A stretch of 64,000 nt of DNA from an uncultured bacterium (GTDB lineage Bacteria > Krumholzibacteriota > Krumholzibacteriia > JACNKJ01). Below are positions 30,822 to 42,591 of the stretch, piece by piece. How positions within the stretch are numbered: the first letter of the stretch is position 1; every line of letters begins with the position of its first letter. The position numbers and the translations under genes were made by a program. The notes beneath the pieces were generated by a model that was not told the origin of the DNA, did no database searches, and saw nothing but the letters and a program-made list of their open reading frames with translations. Where the stretch lies: assembly GCA_963695095.1 (NCBI GenBank), contig CAVOFT010000001.1:256001-320000 (forward strand), read 5' to 3'.

Positions 30822-31919
30822 GTGGCTACCATTCGTGATGTCGCCGAGGCGGCCAGCGTTTCCATCGCCACCGTTTCCCGAGTCCTGAACAACAAGGCGA
30901 GGGTCAACGAGGAGACGGCGCGGCGCGTCTGGACGGCGGCCGCCGATCTTGACTACTCGCCCAACGAGGCCGCGCGCACGCTGACCACGAATCGCACGCG
31001 CGTCATCGGCGTCCTCCTGCCCGACCTGCACGGGGAGTTCTTCTCCGAGGTCATTCGCGGCATCGATCAGGCCGCGCGGGAGGCCAAGTATCAGATCCTC
31101 GTCTCCAGTTCACATGCGGATCACCAGGAGGTGATGACGGCGGCCAGGTCCATGCAGGGCCGCATCGACGGCCTCATCTTCATGGCCTCGGACAACGGAC
31201 TCGCGGAGGCCGTGGATCGCATCCAGGGCCGCATGCCGCTGGTGCTCATCAACCCGCGGCGCGTCGTCAAGGGCATGGCCTCCCTGCGCATCGGCAACTT
31301 CATGGGTGCGCGCGAGGCCGTGAGCCATCTCCTGCGGCTGGGCCACGAGGACATCGCCATCCTGAAGGGCCCCAGCGGCAACATCGACGCCGAGGAGCGC
31401 CTGCGGGGCTATCGCCATGCCCTGGCGGCGGCGGGCCGGGATCTGGGGGCTTCGCGGGAATTCCAGGGCGACTTCCGGGAGCCCTCGGGCTACCGCGCCG
31501 CCGCCGAAATCCTGGGCGGCCGCCAGCGGCCCTCGGCGGTCTTCGCCTGCAACGACATGATGGCGATCGCCCTCATCAGCGCCTTCGGCGGCGCCGGCCT
31601 GAAGGTGCCCGAGGACATCGCGGTCGTCGGCTTCGACGACATCGCCATCGCCCGGTTCATCCACCCGCCCCTGACGACCGTGCGCGTGGAGGCCCATCAG
31701 CTGGGCCAGCGCGCCCTGCGGCGCTTGATTGCCTCCCTGGGCGGAGACGAGACGGACGGCGCCGCGGAAGAGGTGCTCTCCGCCACGCTCGTCGTCCGCG
31801 AATCCTGCGGCGCCTATCTGGCCCGCCACAGCTCAACCACTTCCCGACGGGAAGAGCCCCTGGTGATGCACGGCTCGCCAGCCGCCGAGGGCTCGGCCCC
31901 TGACGCAAAGGGAGACTGA
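30822..31919 (+). CDS. LacI-family transcriptional regulator
   Basis: GTG start; ATIRDVAEAASVSIATVSRVLN HTH; FACNDMMA, VPEDIAVVGFDD, PPLTTV. Confidence 0.95.
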   Translation: MATIRDVAEAASVSIATVSRVLNNKARVNEETARRVWTAAADLDYSPNEAARTLTTNRTRVIGVLLPDLHGEFFSEVIRGIDQAAREAKYQILVSSSHADHQEVMTAARSMQGRIDGLIFMASDNGLAEAVDRIQGRMPLVLINPRRVVKGMASLRIGNFMGAREAVSHLLRLGHEDIAILKGPSGNIDAEERLRGYRHALAAAGRDLGASREFQGDFREPSGYRAAAEILGGRQRPSAVFACNDMMAIALISAFGGAGLKVPEDIAVVGFDDIAIARFIHPPLTTVRVEAHQLGQRALRRLIASLGGDETDGAAEEVLSATLVVRESCGAYLARHSSTTSRREEPLVMHGSPAAEGSAPDAKGD

Positions 31920-31920
31920 G

Positions 31921-33811
31921 ATGAGAACGTCGGCAGTCACACTGATCGTCGCAGCGCTGCTCTGCGGGCTGGTGCTGCCCGCGGTCGGCCAGATCGAGGG
32001 CCGCGAGGACGCGATCTGGGCGAAGCGCGCTCTGAACCCGATCCAGCTCGACGGCATTCTGAACGAGGCGGACTGGGCGCTGGCCGAAACCCACGTCATC
32101 CGCTGGGCGGAGAGCGCGGGGCTGCCCGGCAGCGGCTGGAAGCTGGAGAACGGCAATCCCAACGATCCCACCGAGGCCACGCTGCGCCTGCTCGTCCACG
32201 GCAACCAGCTCTACCTGGCGATGGAAGTGCCGGACGCCTCGATCGGCGGCTCCCGCGACTTCAATCGTCATGACGGCTTCCTGATGTCGCTCAAGGACCA
32301 TTCGGTGGCGGGCTATCCCAAGCCGATGACCGAGTACTTCTACGCCTGGTGGTACCCGACGGGCACCGATCCCCAGCCGCCGGGCAGGGAGCCCGCCTTC
32401 ATCGGCCGCTGGGCGACCTGGCCGCCCGGCACGCCGCGCACGGCCGAGCAGATTGCCGCCTGGGACGCCGTGACCATCGTGGATGGCCTGTCCAACAACG
32501 ACAGCGTGGCGGACACGGGCTACACGGTGGAGATGCGCTTCGACCTGACGGTGATGGGCTACGACGTCACCCGCCCCGAGGGCGACATCGTCGAGTGGAA
32601 CATCTCCGTCTACGACTGCGACTGGCTGTGGCCCCTCAACGCCGCGCAGCTGAACTACTATCACGTCTGGTGGCAGTGCCCCTGGGGCTACGACGACTGG
32701 TACAACGAAGTGCGCATCTATGCGCGGCCCGACGTGACGACGGCCGTGCCGACGCCTCCCCTCGAGCCCGAGTTGATGCTGCCCGTGATCGAGGCGCAGC
32801 CCGTCATCGACGGCGAGCTGAGCGAGGCCGTCTGGAGCGATCCCAACGTCTACAGCTTCGACATCCGCTACGGCGACGATGCCCTGCGCGAGACCTATCC
32901 CGGCGTCGGCGCCGCCCGCGCCGGCCAGTACCAGCCCATCGTCAACGGGGGCGAGGCCTTCGTCTTCGATCCCGGCGAGGCCACGGTCAAGATCTTCGTC
33001 AGCGGCGACACGATGTACTTCGGCTTCGACGTCAACGACGGCTATGTCCAGTACGTCGCGAACTTCGACCGCTGGGACGGCTTCCTGCTGAACTTCAATG
33101 ACCGCGCCGCCACCGGTCCCGACCACCAGTTGCTGGGCCGGCGCCTGTCCTTCCAGGTGGGCGCCGACGGCGCGGCGGTGCCGCGGGACTACCTGGTGGG
33201 CCTGGTGGACGCGGGGGACGCCCAGGTCGCCATCGACCTGAAGGCCGGCACGAGCGTGGACACGCTCGGCGTGGCGACCGACACCGGCTACACGGCCGAG
33301 CTGGCCCTCGATCTGAAGGCGCTGGGCTACCCCAGCGGCCTGGGCGACCGGGTGGTCTTCTTCGGCGTCAACCTGCTCGATGGCGATTCGTTCACGCCCT
33401 ACACCTTCAGCTATGGCACGCGCACCTGGTGGTTCCGCCAGTACGAGGGCAACTGCTGCGCCGCCTGGGCGGAGATCGAGCGGGACACCGGCGTGGACGA
33501 GGGCGTCACCGATTGGGCGAGCGACAACGGCGGCTACCTGCTGCTCCCCAGCTACCCGAATCCGTCCGCGCAACCCTCCGTGCGCTTCCAGATGCCCGCC
33601 TACGGCGAGGTGACCCTGGAGGTCTTCGACCTGCTGGGTCGCCGGCTGCTGCGCCGGCCGATGGGGCTGCGCGGGCTCGGCGTCCACTCCGAGTTCCTGG
33701 ACCTGACCGAGCAGAGCGCGGGCGTCTACCTGTATCGCATCACCATCGAGGACCCGAGCACCGGCCAGAAGCGCGCCGAATTGACGGGCAAGACGGTGCT
33801 TGATCAAGTGA
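31921..33811 (+). CDS. Secreted protein with two CBM9/DOMON-like repeats and a T9SS-type CTD
   Basis: Repeats IQLDGILNEADW...GYTVEMRF and PVIDGELSEAVW...GYTAELAL; CTD SYPNPS...VFDLLGRR...AGVYLYRI. The likely true end is TVLIK* (TGA 33809-33811) after a 1-nt indel; the as-read ORF runs to 33867. Confidence 0.7.
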
Positions 33812-33874
33812 AGGCCGCCGGGCGCGGGGGCTCACCCGCGCCCGGGGTCGCAACGCAAGGGGGATGAGGCCATC

Positions 33875-36551
33875 GTGATCGGCAAGGAGGCTGTCCTCAG
33901 GCGCCTGACTGCGCGCCTGCTCGTTGCCGCTCTGCTCGGGAGCCTGGCGGCGTCTGCGCTGGCCGGCACGACGGGCAAGCTGGCGGGACAGGTCCGCGAC
34001 GACCAGGGCGCCCCCATCGTCGCCGCGACGGTGCTCGTCGCCGGCACCGCCCTGGGCGCCTACTCCGACGCCGGGGGGCAGTTCACGATCCTCAACGTGC
34101 CGCCCGGGCTGTACGAAGTCACGGTCAAGCGCCTCGGCTTCCAGGATCTGCGCATGAAGGCGATCTCCGTCTCCGCCGACGAGACCACGCGGCTCGACTT
34201 CGTGCTCCGGGCGGAGGACCTGGTCATGGACGAGGTGGTGGTCACGGCCGAGCGGCCCCCCGTCGAGCTGGACCTGACCAGCTCCAAGGCGACGCTCTCC
34301 AGGGAGGACATCGCCGCGCTGCCCGTGCAGGATCTGGACGACGTCGTCAGCCTGCAGGCGGGCGTGGTCGAGGGGCACTTCCGGGGCGGCCGCAAGGGCG
34401 AGGTGCAGTACCAGGTGGATGGCGTGAGCGTGAACAACGTCTTCGACAATTCCACCAGCATCAATGTCGACCGCTCGCTGCTGCAGGAGGTGCAGGTGAT
34501 CAGCGGCACCTTCGACGCGGAGTACGGCCAGGCGATGAGCGGCGTCGTCAATGCCGTGCTCAAGGAGGGCGGCCAGACGCTCGCCTGGAATGTCGAAGGC
34601 TACACCGGCGGCTTCGTCTTCCCGGGCCGCGCGGACCTGCGCAAGACCTCGGCCACGCTGCGCCCCGTCTCGACGCGCTACATCCAGGCCTCGGCCAGCG
34701 GCCCGCTGCCTTTTCCGGACACGGTGTACCTGGTCAGCGGCCGCTACGCCTACTTCGACGACTACGTCTACGCCGAGCGGCGCTTCGCCCCCACGGACAC
34801 CCTCGACTACCTGGCGGGAACGCACAGCCAGAGCGGCGACGGCAAGGAAGTGCCGCTGGGCTACAACCGGGACTGGGGCGGCCTCTTCAAGGTCAGCAAC
34901 CGCAGCCTGGACAGCGACAAGATCAGCTACCAGGCCATCGCGGACTTCAACCGGGGCCGGCGGGGCGACTTCGCCTTCCGCTACAACCCGGACGGCCTGT
35001 CCACGCAGCGGACCTTCGCCATCTCGCACGGCGGCGACTGGACGCACACCCTGGGCGCGACCAGCTACTTCGACGTCAACGTGCGCCAGAACTACTTCGA
35101 CTACCGCGACTACCGCTACGAGGACGTCAAGGACCGGGGCTATGACGCGGCGGGTCCGGCGACCGGCTACGTGAACTACGAGGACGGCGCCATCATCGAG
35201 GGCGTCAGCTTCACCCGCTACCTGCAGAAGACCAACACCTTCATGAGCAAGGGCGTCTTCGTCAGCCAGCTGACGCCGGCGAGCCAGATCAAGATCGGCG
35301 GCGAGCTGCAGATGGCGCGGGTGACCTTCGGCACGCCCGGCCACCTCTCCTTCGTCATCGATCCCGAGACGAACACGGAGGTGCTGATCCGGCACGTCGA
35401 CGACCCGCCCAGCTTCCCGGGACCGCGCACCTACCATCCGATCATCGCCGCGAGCTTCGTCCAGAATCAACTGGAATGGGCCGACCTGATCGTGCGCGCC
35501 GGGCTGCGCCTGGACTACTTCAATGCGCGCTCCTCCCTGCCCGGCGACCTCGCCAATCCCGCCAACGCCATCGCCGGCGCGCCGGCGCCGCCGCCCATGC
35601 GCACGTCGGCGAAGGTCGCGCTCTCGCCGCGCCTGGGTATCGCCTATCCGATCGAGGACAAGGCCGCCATCCACTTCGCCTACGGCCACTTCCGCCAGTT
35701 CCCGGCCATCGGCGACATGTTCAGCAACGCCGACTACTCGGTGCTGGAGAACCTGCAGGCGGGGGGCATCAGCTACGGCGTCCTGGGCAACCCGGACGTG
35801 GAGCCCGAGAAGACGATCCAGTACGAGGTGGGCTACCGTCAGGCGCTCAGCGACGATCTGGGCTTCGAGCTCACGACCTACTACAAGGACATCCGCGACC
35901 TGCTCGGCGTCGAGTTCGTCTCCACCTACAACGGCGCCGAGTACGCGCGCCTGACGAACGTCGACTTCGGCAACGTGTTCGGCACCACGGTGGCCATGGA
36001 CCATCGCCATCTGGGACCGGCGAGCGTGGGCCTCGACTACACCTGGCAGCGGGCGCTGGGCAACGCCAGCGATCCCCGGGAGACCGCGGTGCGGGCGGAG
36101 AACGGCGAGGATCCGCGGCCGCGGGTGATTCCCTTCAACTGGGATCAGCGCCATTCTTTGAACCTGACCGTTGCCGTGGGCACGCCCGGCGTGAACAGCG
36201 CGAGCATGGTGATGCGCGTCGCCAGCGGCCAGCCCTACACGCCCTATCCTGGAATCCGGCTTCGGCTACGGGCTGGACGCCAATTCCGGCCGCAAGCCGG
36301 CCGGCTTCAGCCTGGATCTGCGCAGCGAGCGCGGGGTGCAGGTCGGCCGCCTGCGTCCGCTGGTGTTCCTGCGCGTCTTCAATGTCCTGGACACCCGCTT
36401 CTTCAACGGCGACGTGTTCGCCACCACGGGCAGCCCCTACTACTCGCGCAATCCCGAGGGAGACAAGTACGCCCTCATGAATCCCTTCCGCTACTTTCCA
36501 CCGCGCCGCATCGAGCTGGGTGTGCGCTTCGAGTCCGGGGGTGGGCAATGA
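33875..36551 (+). CDS. TonB-dependent receptor with an N-terminal carboxypeptidase-regulatory-like domain (indel ~36247)
   Basis: GTTGKLAGQV..., plug HFRGGRKGEVQYQVDGVSV...SGTFDAEYGQAMSGVVN, SPRLGIAYP, GNPDVEPEKTIQYEVG. The C-terminal strand PRRIELGVRFE lies in the shifted frame ending at TGA 36551. Confidence 0.88.
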
Positions 36552-39500
36552 GGAACACGCACGCCCTGCGCCTGGCGGCCCTGCTTGCCCTCGCATTGCT
36601 CGTGCCCGCCCGCCCTGCGGGCGCGGACGTGGACACGCCGGTGCCGCCCTCCGAGCGCGGGCGCAGCGATGCCGAGCGGCGCGGCTTCCACGACGCCAAC
36701 AACCTGCGCACGGAGTTCTGGAACTTCGGCATGGTGGGCAACTACCCGCCCGATCCCGGCAACGTCGACCTGAGCACCTTCCACTCGGTCGAAGTGCCCA
36801 AGGGCAGCGGCATGAACTACAGCGACGGCATCACGCCCTTCGTGCTCGCCAAGATCCGCACCACCGGCGGCAACGACGCCTACATCATGGAGACGGGCTT
36901 CCGGGAGCGCCAGGGCATCAGTCCCTACTACAACCGCGTGATGCGCTTCGAGCCGCGCCCGGGCTACTTCGAGGCGGACCCCGCCATCAATGTCGGCCGC
37001 GCCTGCGCCGTCAGCAACGACTCGCGCACCTGGCCCGGCTTCTGGCCCGATCGCCTCGACGAGAGCGATGATCCGGGCTGGCCGGGCAGCTGGAACGGCT
37101 ACTTCGGCAAGCAGGTCGTCGCCGACCAGGAGAGCTACACGGTCCTGGACGACGACTACTACGACGCCTGGCAATTCTATCCGGACGCCCGCGACTCCAC
37201 CCGCCGCGGCCTGGGCCTGCGCATCGAGGTGCGCGGCTTCCAGTGGGCGAATCCGCAGGCGCGCAACGTCATCTTCTGGCACTACGACATCACCAACGAG
37301 AGCACGACGGACTACGACGACAACATCCTCTTCGGCGTCTACATGGACTCCGGCGTCGGCGGCTCCGCGCTCTCCTGCGACGGCATCTTCGAGTCCGACG
37401 ACGACAACGCCTTCTTCGACCGCGCCTTCAACGAGGACATCCTGAATCTCGTCTACACCTGGGATCGCTTCGGCCACGGCCGCGATCTCGCCAGCTCCTG
37501 CGGCCGCACCGGCTATCTCGGCTACGCCTACCTGGAGACGCCCGGCAACTCCACCGACGGCATCGACAATGACGAGGACGGCGTCACGGACGAGCTGCGC
37601 GAAGGGGGCCCGGGCAGCCTGCTCATCGGTCAAGCGGCGATCGACGGCTACCTGGCGGCGAACTACGACCTGGTCCGCTTCGAGGCCACCTACGGTCCCC
37701 TGGCGGACCTGCCCGCCTATCGCGAGGAGTACTGGTGGACCGGTGACGAGGACATGGACTGGACGCGGGAGAATCACGACACCGGCGCCGACGGCGTCTT
37801 CGATACCGGCGACGTCGGCGAGGAGGACGGCGTGCCGACCGCCGGGGAGCCGAACTTCGACCGCACGGACCTGAACGAGTCCGACCAGATCGGCCTGACC
37901 GGATTCAAGATCAACCGCATTCGCGCGGGCCAGGGCAATCCGAGCCAGGACGTGGACGGCATCGTCTTCTACACCGACGAGGCGAACTGGCCGCAGCGCC
38001 TCTACGAGCAGTTCACGGACCCGGATCCGGAGGCGCGCTTCGATCCGCCGCTGGCTTCCAACTACAACATCGGCTTCCTGTTCGCCTCCGGACCCTTCCG
38101 CCTGGCGGCGGGTCAGCGCGAGCGCTTCAGCCTCGCCCTGGCCTACGGCGCCGATCTGGACGAGCTGCGGCGCACCGTGAAGACCGTGCAGCAGATCTAC
38201 GACGCCAACTACCGCTTCGCCGTGCCCCCGGCGCTGCCGACCGTGACCGCCGAGGCGGGCGACGGCTACGTGCGCCTGTCCTGGGACGACGTCGCCGAGT
38301 TCAGCGCCGATCCGGTGACCGGGGTCTTCGACTTCGAGGGCTACCGTGTCTATCGCTCCACCGATCCCGAATTCCGCGATCCGCAGGTGATCTCCACGGG
38401 CACGGGCAGCGGGCCGCTGGGCAACGGCAAGCCGATCGCGCAGTTCGATCTCGTCGACGGCCGCAGCGGCTTCTCCGCGCAGGTGGTGGAGGGCGTCGCC
38501 TACTACCTGGGCACGGAGAGCGGGATCACCCACACCTGGACCGACCACAGCGTGACCAACGGCCAGCAGTACTACTATGCGGTCACGGCCTACGACTTCG
38601 GATCGGATCCCGGCGACCGCTTCGACTTCTACCCTTCCGAGAACGCGATCACGCCCAGCCGCACGCCGCGGGGTGGCCTGATCCTGCCGACCAATGTCGT
38701 CGCCGTGCGGCCCAATCTCCGCGCGGCCGGCTACGTGCCCGCGCAGGCGGAGGCCGCGGCGCAGGTCAGCGGCCGCGGCCTCGGCGAGGTGCTCGTCGAG
38801 ATCGTCAACTCGGGGCTCGTGCCCGATGAACACCTGTTCAAGATCGACTTCAGCGCGCCGTCCGCCGACAGCCTGCGGGCTACGCACTACGCGCTGCGCG
38901 ACAGCACGACGGGCCTGCTCCTCTTCGAGACGGGCAGGGATCTGGCGGGCGCCGGCGTGGGGCCCGTCGGTCAGGGCCTGCTGCCCGTGATCCGGACGCA
39001 GACGGAAGTCGCTGTCGACTCCAGCTCCGGCTTCGCCGCGGGCAGCGCCACGGATGCCCGACTGGCCGTGAGCTACTCGCCCGGCCTGCCCATCAATCGC
39101 CTGCGGCCGGGCTTCCCGGACGACATCAGCATCATCTTCGCGGACGCCGTGCAGGACACCGGCCTCGGCGGCGCGCCCTTCCTGCCGACGCCGGCCAAGT
39201 TCCGTGTCATCGCCCACAGCGCCGGCGGCGACCGGCAGCTGGATTTCCGCTTCCGGGACGCCAACGGCGACGGCACGCTCAGCCATCGCGACGACGCCAT
39301 CGACATCGTCACCTACCTGCCCACGTCGCCGGGCACGATCAACAGCACCTGGTACCTCACGCTGCCGCTGGGTACGGCCTTGCCGCAGAACCCGCCGCGC
39401 GAAGGGGACCGCTACGAGCTGAAGCTGACGCGGCCCTTCGCCGAGGACGACAGCTTCGTCTTCCTCTGTTCGGGCGAGCGGATCGACGGTGCGCGCGTGG

Positions 39501-39817
39501 GGGCGGAGTTCACGCCCTACGTCGTGCCCAACCCCTACGTGGGCTCGGCGAGCTTCGAACCGGAGCGATTCGCGGTCTCGGGGCGCGGCGAGCGCCGGCT
39601 GGAGTTCCGCGGGCTGCCGAGCCGGTGCCAGATTCTCATCTACAACGTCAAGGGCGAGCGCATCCAGACGCTTCGCCACGACGGCTCTCTCGAAGGCTAC
39701 GTCGCCTGGGACCTGCGGACGAAGGAGGGCCTCGATGTCGCACCGGGGCTCTACATCTTCCAGGTCGACGGCGGCGCCGCGGGTAGCAAGACGGGCAAAT
39801 TCGCCATCATCAAGTAG
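36548..39817 (+). CDS. Large secreted receptor-partner protein with Asp/Gly Ca-binding-like repeats, an Fn3-like domain and a variant CTD
   Basis: ATGA overlap with the receptor stop; own signal peptide MRNTHALRLAALLALALLVPARPAGA; DGIDNDEDG, DTGADGVFDTGD; VRLSWD..FEGYRVYRS..YYYAVTAYD; C-terminal YVVPNPY...IYNVKGERI...WDLRT...PGLYIF...KFAIIK. Confidence 0.85.
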   Translation: MRNTHALRLAALLALALLVPARPAGADVDTPVPPSERGRSDAERRGFHDANNLRTEFWNFGMVGNYPPDPGNVDLSTFHSVEVPKGSGMNYSDGITPFVLAKIRTTGGNDAYIMETGFRERQGISPYYNRVMRFEPRPGYFEADPAINVGRACAVSNDSRTWPGFWPDRLDESDDPGWPGSWNGYFGKQVVADQESYTVLDDDYYDAWQFYPDARDSTRRGLGLRIEVRGFQWANPQARNVIFWHYDITNESTTDYDDNILFGVYMDSGVGGSALSCDGIFESDDDNAFFDRAFNEDILNLVYTWDRFGHGRDLASSCGRTGYLGYAYLETPGNSTDGIDNDEDGVTDELREGGPGSLLIGQAAIDGYLAANYDLVRFEATYGPLADLPAYREEYWWTGDEDMDWTRENHDTGADGVFDTGDVGEEDGVPTAGEPNFDRTDLNESDQIGLTGFKINRIRAGQGNPSQDVDGIVFYTDEANWPQRLYEQFTDPDPEARFDPPLASNYNIGFLFASGPFRLAAGQRERFSLALAYGADLDELRRTVKTVQQIYDANYRFAVPPALPTVTAEAGDGYVRLSWDDVAEFSADPVTGVFDFEGYRVYRSTDPEFRDPQVISTGTGSGPLGNGKPIAQFDLVDGRSGFSAQVVEGVAYYLGTESGITHTWTDHSVTNGQQYYYAVTAYDFGSDPGDRFDFYPSENAITPSRTPRGGLILPTNVVAVRPNLRAAGYVPAQAEAAAQVSGRGLGEVLVEIVNSGLVPDEHLFKIDFSAPSADSLRATHYALRDSTTGLLLFETGRDLAGAGVGPVGQGLLPVIRTQTEVAVDSSSGFAAGSATDARLAVSYSPGLPINRLRPGFPDDISIIFADAVQDTGLGGAPFLPTPAKFRVIAHSAGGDRQLDFRFRDANGDGTLSHRDDAIDIVTYLPTSPGTINSTWYLTLPLGTALPQNPPREGDRYELKLTRPFAEDDSFVFLCSGERIDGARVGAEFTPYVVPNPYVGSASFEPERFAVSGRGERRLEFRGLPSRCQILIYNVKGERIQTLRHDGSLEGYVAWDLRTKEGLDVAPGLYIFQVDGGAAGSKTGKFAIIK

Positions 39818-39832
39818 CGCGAAAGGACGACG

Positions 39833-40849
39833 ATGGCACTGCCGAGACGACTGCTGATCTGCCTCCTCTGCTTGCTGGGCTCAGCGGGGCCCGCGGCTGC
39901 CCAGACCAAGGCGGGCACCACGATCGCCCAGTTCATGGGCATCGAGCCGAGCGCCCGCCACGCGGGCTTCGGCAATGCCGGCATCGCGCTGGCGGAGGGG
40001 ATCGAGTCGGTCTACTTCAATCCCGGCGTCATCGGACTGCTGTGGGACACGGAGATCCAGTTCACCCACAGCTACTGGTACGCGGACATCGGCTACGACT
40101 ACGCGGCGATCTGCGTGCCCGCCCGCCGCTGGGGCACGCTCTTCGCCAGCGTCACCGCGCTCAACTCGGGGGACATCGCCGTCCGCACGGTCGAGTCCCC
40201 GCTGGGCACGGGCGAGAATTTCACGGTGGGCAACACGGCGATCGGCCTCGGCTTCGGCCGGCAGGTGACGAGCCGCTTCGCGGCGGGCCTGCGCTTCAAC
40301 TACATCAGCGAGCGGATCTGGCACACCTACCAGAACACGATGACGCTGGATGTCGGCACCGTCTACGCGATCCGCGAGAATGGCCTCCAGATGGCCTTCA
40401 GCCTCAGCAACGTCGGCACCGGCTCGCGCTATACCGGGCGCGACCTCGCCATCCAGTACGACAACACCGACGACATCTACGGCGACAACAGCGCCCTGCC
40501 CGGCGAGCAGCTCACGGACAGCTATCCGGTGCCGATCCTGTTCCGGGTCGGCCTGAGCTATCCCTACCAGGTCAGCGCCGATTCGCGCGTGCTCCTGCTG
40601 GCGGACGCCCTGCATCCCAACGACAACGCCGAAAGCGTGAACCTGGGCGCCGAGCTGGGCTGGCGCGGCAGCTTCGCCCTGCGGATCGGCTATCAGACCC
40701 TCTTCCAGACGGATTCGGAGCACGGCCTGACGATGGGCATGGGCATCCGGACCGAGTTCAGCGAGAGACGACTGCGCTTCGACTACGGCTGGGCCAATCA
40801 CGATCACCTCGAGGCGACGCATCGCCTGACGATTGCGGTCGGCCTCTAG
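39833..40849 (+). CDS. PorV/PorQ-family (FadL-like) outer-membrane barrel
   Basis: AQFMGIEPSARHAGFGNA...SVYFNPG N-terminal signature, barrel strands, FDYGW...HRLTIAVGL. Confidence 0.82.
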   Translation: MALPRRLLICLLCLLGSAGPAAAQTKAGTTIAQFMGIEPSARHAGFGNAGIALAEGIESVYFNPGVIGLLWDTEIQFTHSYWYADIGYDYAAICVPARRWGTLFASVTALNSGDIAVRTVESPLGTGENFTVGNTAIGLGFGRQVTSRFAAGLRFNYISERIWHTYQNTMTLDVGTVYAIRENGLQMAFSLSNVGTGSRYTGRDLAIQYDNTDDIYGDNSALPGEQLTDSYPVPILFRVGLSYPYQVSADSRVLLLADALHPNDNAESVNLGAELGWRGSFALRIGYQTLFQTDSEHGLTMGMGIRTEFSERRLRFDYGWANHDHLEATHRLTIAVGL

Positions 40850-40866
40850 CGCTCAAGGAGAATGGC

Positions 40867-42479
40867 ATGCTGGCGAGACATTGGCATCGGGCCCACCCCT
40901 GGCGGCAGCTGCTCGCGACCGCGCTGCTGGGAGTGGCGCTGCTGGGCGCACTGGCGACGACGGCGCCGGCCATCCCCACCGCGGAGCTGCTGGAGTCCAT
41001 CCAGGAGGGCGCCTTCGCCTACTTCTGGAACGAGGCGAATCCCGCCAACGGCCTGATCAAGGACCGCAGCACGGGCAGCTCGCCCTGCAGCATCGCCGCC
41101 GTCGGCTTCGGGCTGTCGGCCATCTGCATCGGTGTCGACCACGGCTGGATCACGCGCGCGCAGGGCCGCGAGCGCGTGCTGACGACCCTGACGACCTTCT
41201 GGAACGGCCCCCAGGGCAGCGAGGTCTCCGGCAACATGGGCTACCGGGGCCTCTTCTACCACTTCCTGGACATGAACAGCGGCACCCGCGTCTGGAACTG
41301 CGAGCTGTCGACCATCGACACCGCGCTGCTCCTGGCGGGCGTTCTCGACGCGGCGCAGTACTTCCAGGGCGGCGATGCGGAGGAGACGGAGATCCGCGCC
41401 CTGGCGGACTGCGCTCTACCGGCGGGTGGACTGGGAGTTCATGCGCAACTCGGGCGTCGGCATCCGCATGGGCTGGAAGCCGGAGGGCGGCTTCTCCGGC
41501 TTCGGCACCTGGGTCGGCTACAACGAGGCGATGATCCTCTACATCCTCGCCCTCGGCTCGCCGACGCATCCGGTGCCCGCGAGCACCTGGTTCACCTGGA
41601 CCAGCGGCTACCAGTGGTCGACCCAGTACGGCCAGACCTACCTCATCTTCCCGCCGCTCTTCGGCCACCAGTACTCGCACTGCTGGATCGATTTCCGCAA
41701 TCGCCAGGATGTCTACATGGCCAGCAAGGGCATCGACTACTTCGAGAACTCGCGACGGGCCACCCTCGCCGCCCAGGCCTACTGCATCGGCGAACCCGCT
41801 CGGCCATGCCGGCTACAGCGAGCTCGGCTGGGGGCTCACGGCCTCGGACGACCCCTGGGGCTACAGCGCCCACGGCGCGCCGCCCGCCCAGAACGACAAC
41901 GGCACGATCACGCCCACGGCGGCGGCCAGCTCCATTCCCTTCGCGCCGGAGATCGTCATTCCGACGCTGCACCACTTCTACGACAGCTATCAGAGCCAGC
42001 TCTGGGGCCCCTACGGCTTCAAGGACGCCTTCAATCTCGATCAGAACTGGTGGGCGACCGACTACATCGGCATCGACCAGGGCCCGATCATCATCATGAT
42101 CGAGAACTACCTGAACGAGTCCATCTGGCGGCGCTTCATGCAGAACGCCCACGTGCAGGCCGGCCTGGCCGCGGCGACCTTCTCGCCGATCACCGCCGGC
42201 GCCCCTCTGGCCCCGGATGGCCTGACCCTCGCGCAGAACACGCCCAATCCCTTCCTGGACAGGAGCGTCATCCGCTTCACGCTCGCCCAGGCCGGCGAGG
42301 TGTCGCTGCGTCTCTACGATATCACGGGTCGGCGCGCGGCCACGCTCGCAGAGGGCTGGCGCGGGGCCGGCGCCCACAGCGTACCGCTGGAGGCGAGCGC
42401 GCTGCCCAGCGGCGTCTACTTCTATGTCTTGGAGAGCAACGGCGTCACCGCGATGCGCCGTTGTGTTGTCCTGAGGTAG
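40867..42479 (+). CDS. Secreted GH144-type glucanase with a T9SS-type CTD (indels ~41410, ~41790)
   Basis: AFAYFWNE, SIAAVGFGL, GLFYHFLD, ELSTIDT, YNEAMILY, LFGHQYSH, GIDYFENSRRAT, WGLTASD, DYIGIDQGPI; CTD QNTPNPF...LYDITGRR...PSGVYFY...VVLR. Confidence 0.85.
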
Positions 42480-42591
42480 TCATGGATGACGATGCATGAA
42501 GGAGGCTAACCCCGTAACAAGGAGATCGCGTGAAGTGCAACTCGTGTCAACGCAACAGAACCTTAGTCTTGTATCCAGGAGGATCACTACC

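Noticed and set aside
33875..39817. 1980-aa ORF read as a giant receptor fusion
   Set aside because: The receptor C-terminus lies in another frame ending at 36551, the linker is off-frame sequence, and the second protein has its own ATG and signal peptide at 36548. A single indel near 36247 explains the fusion.
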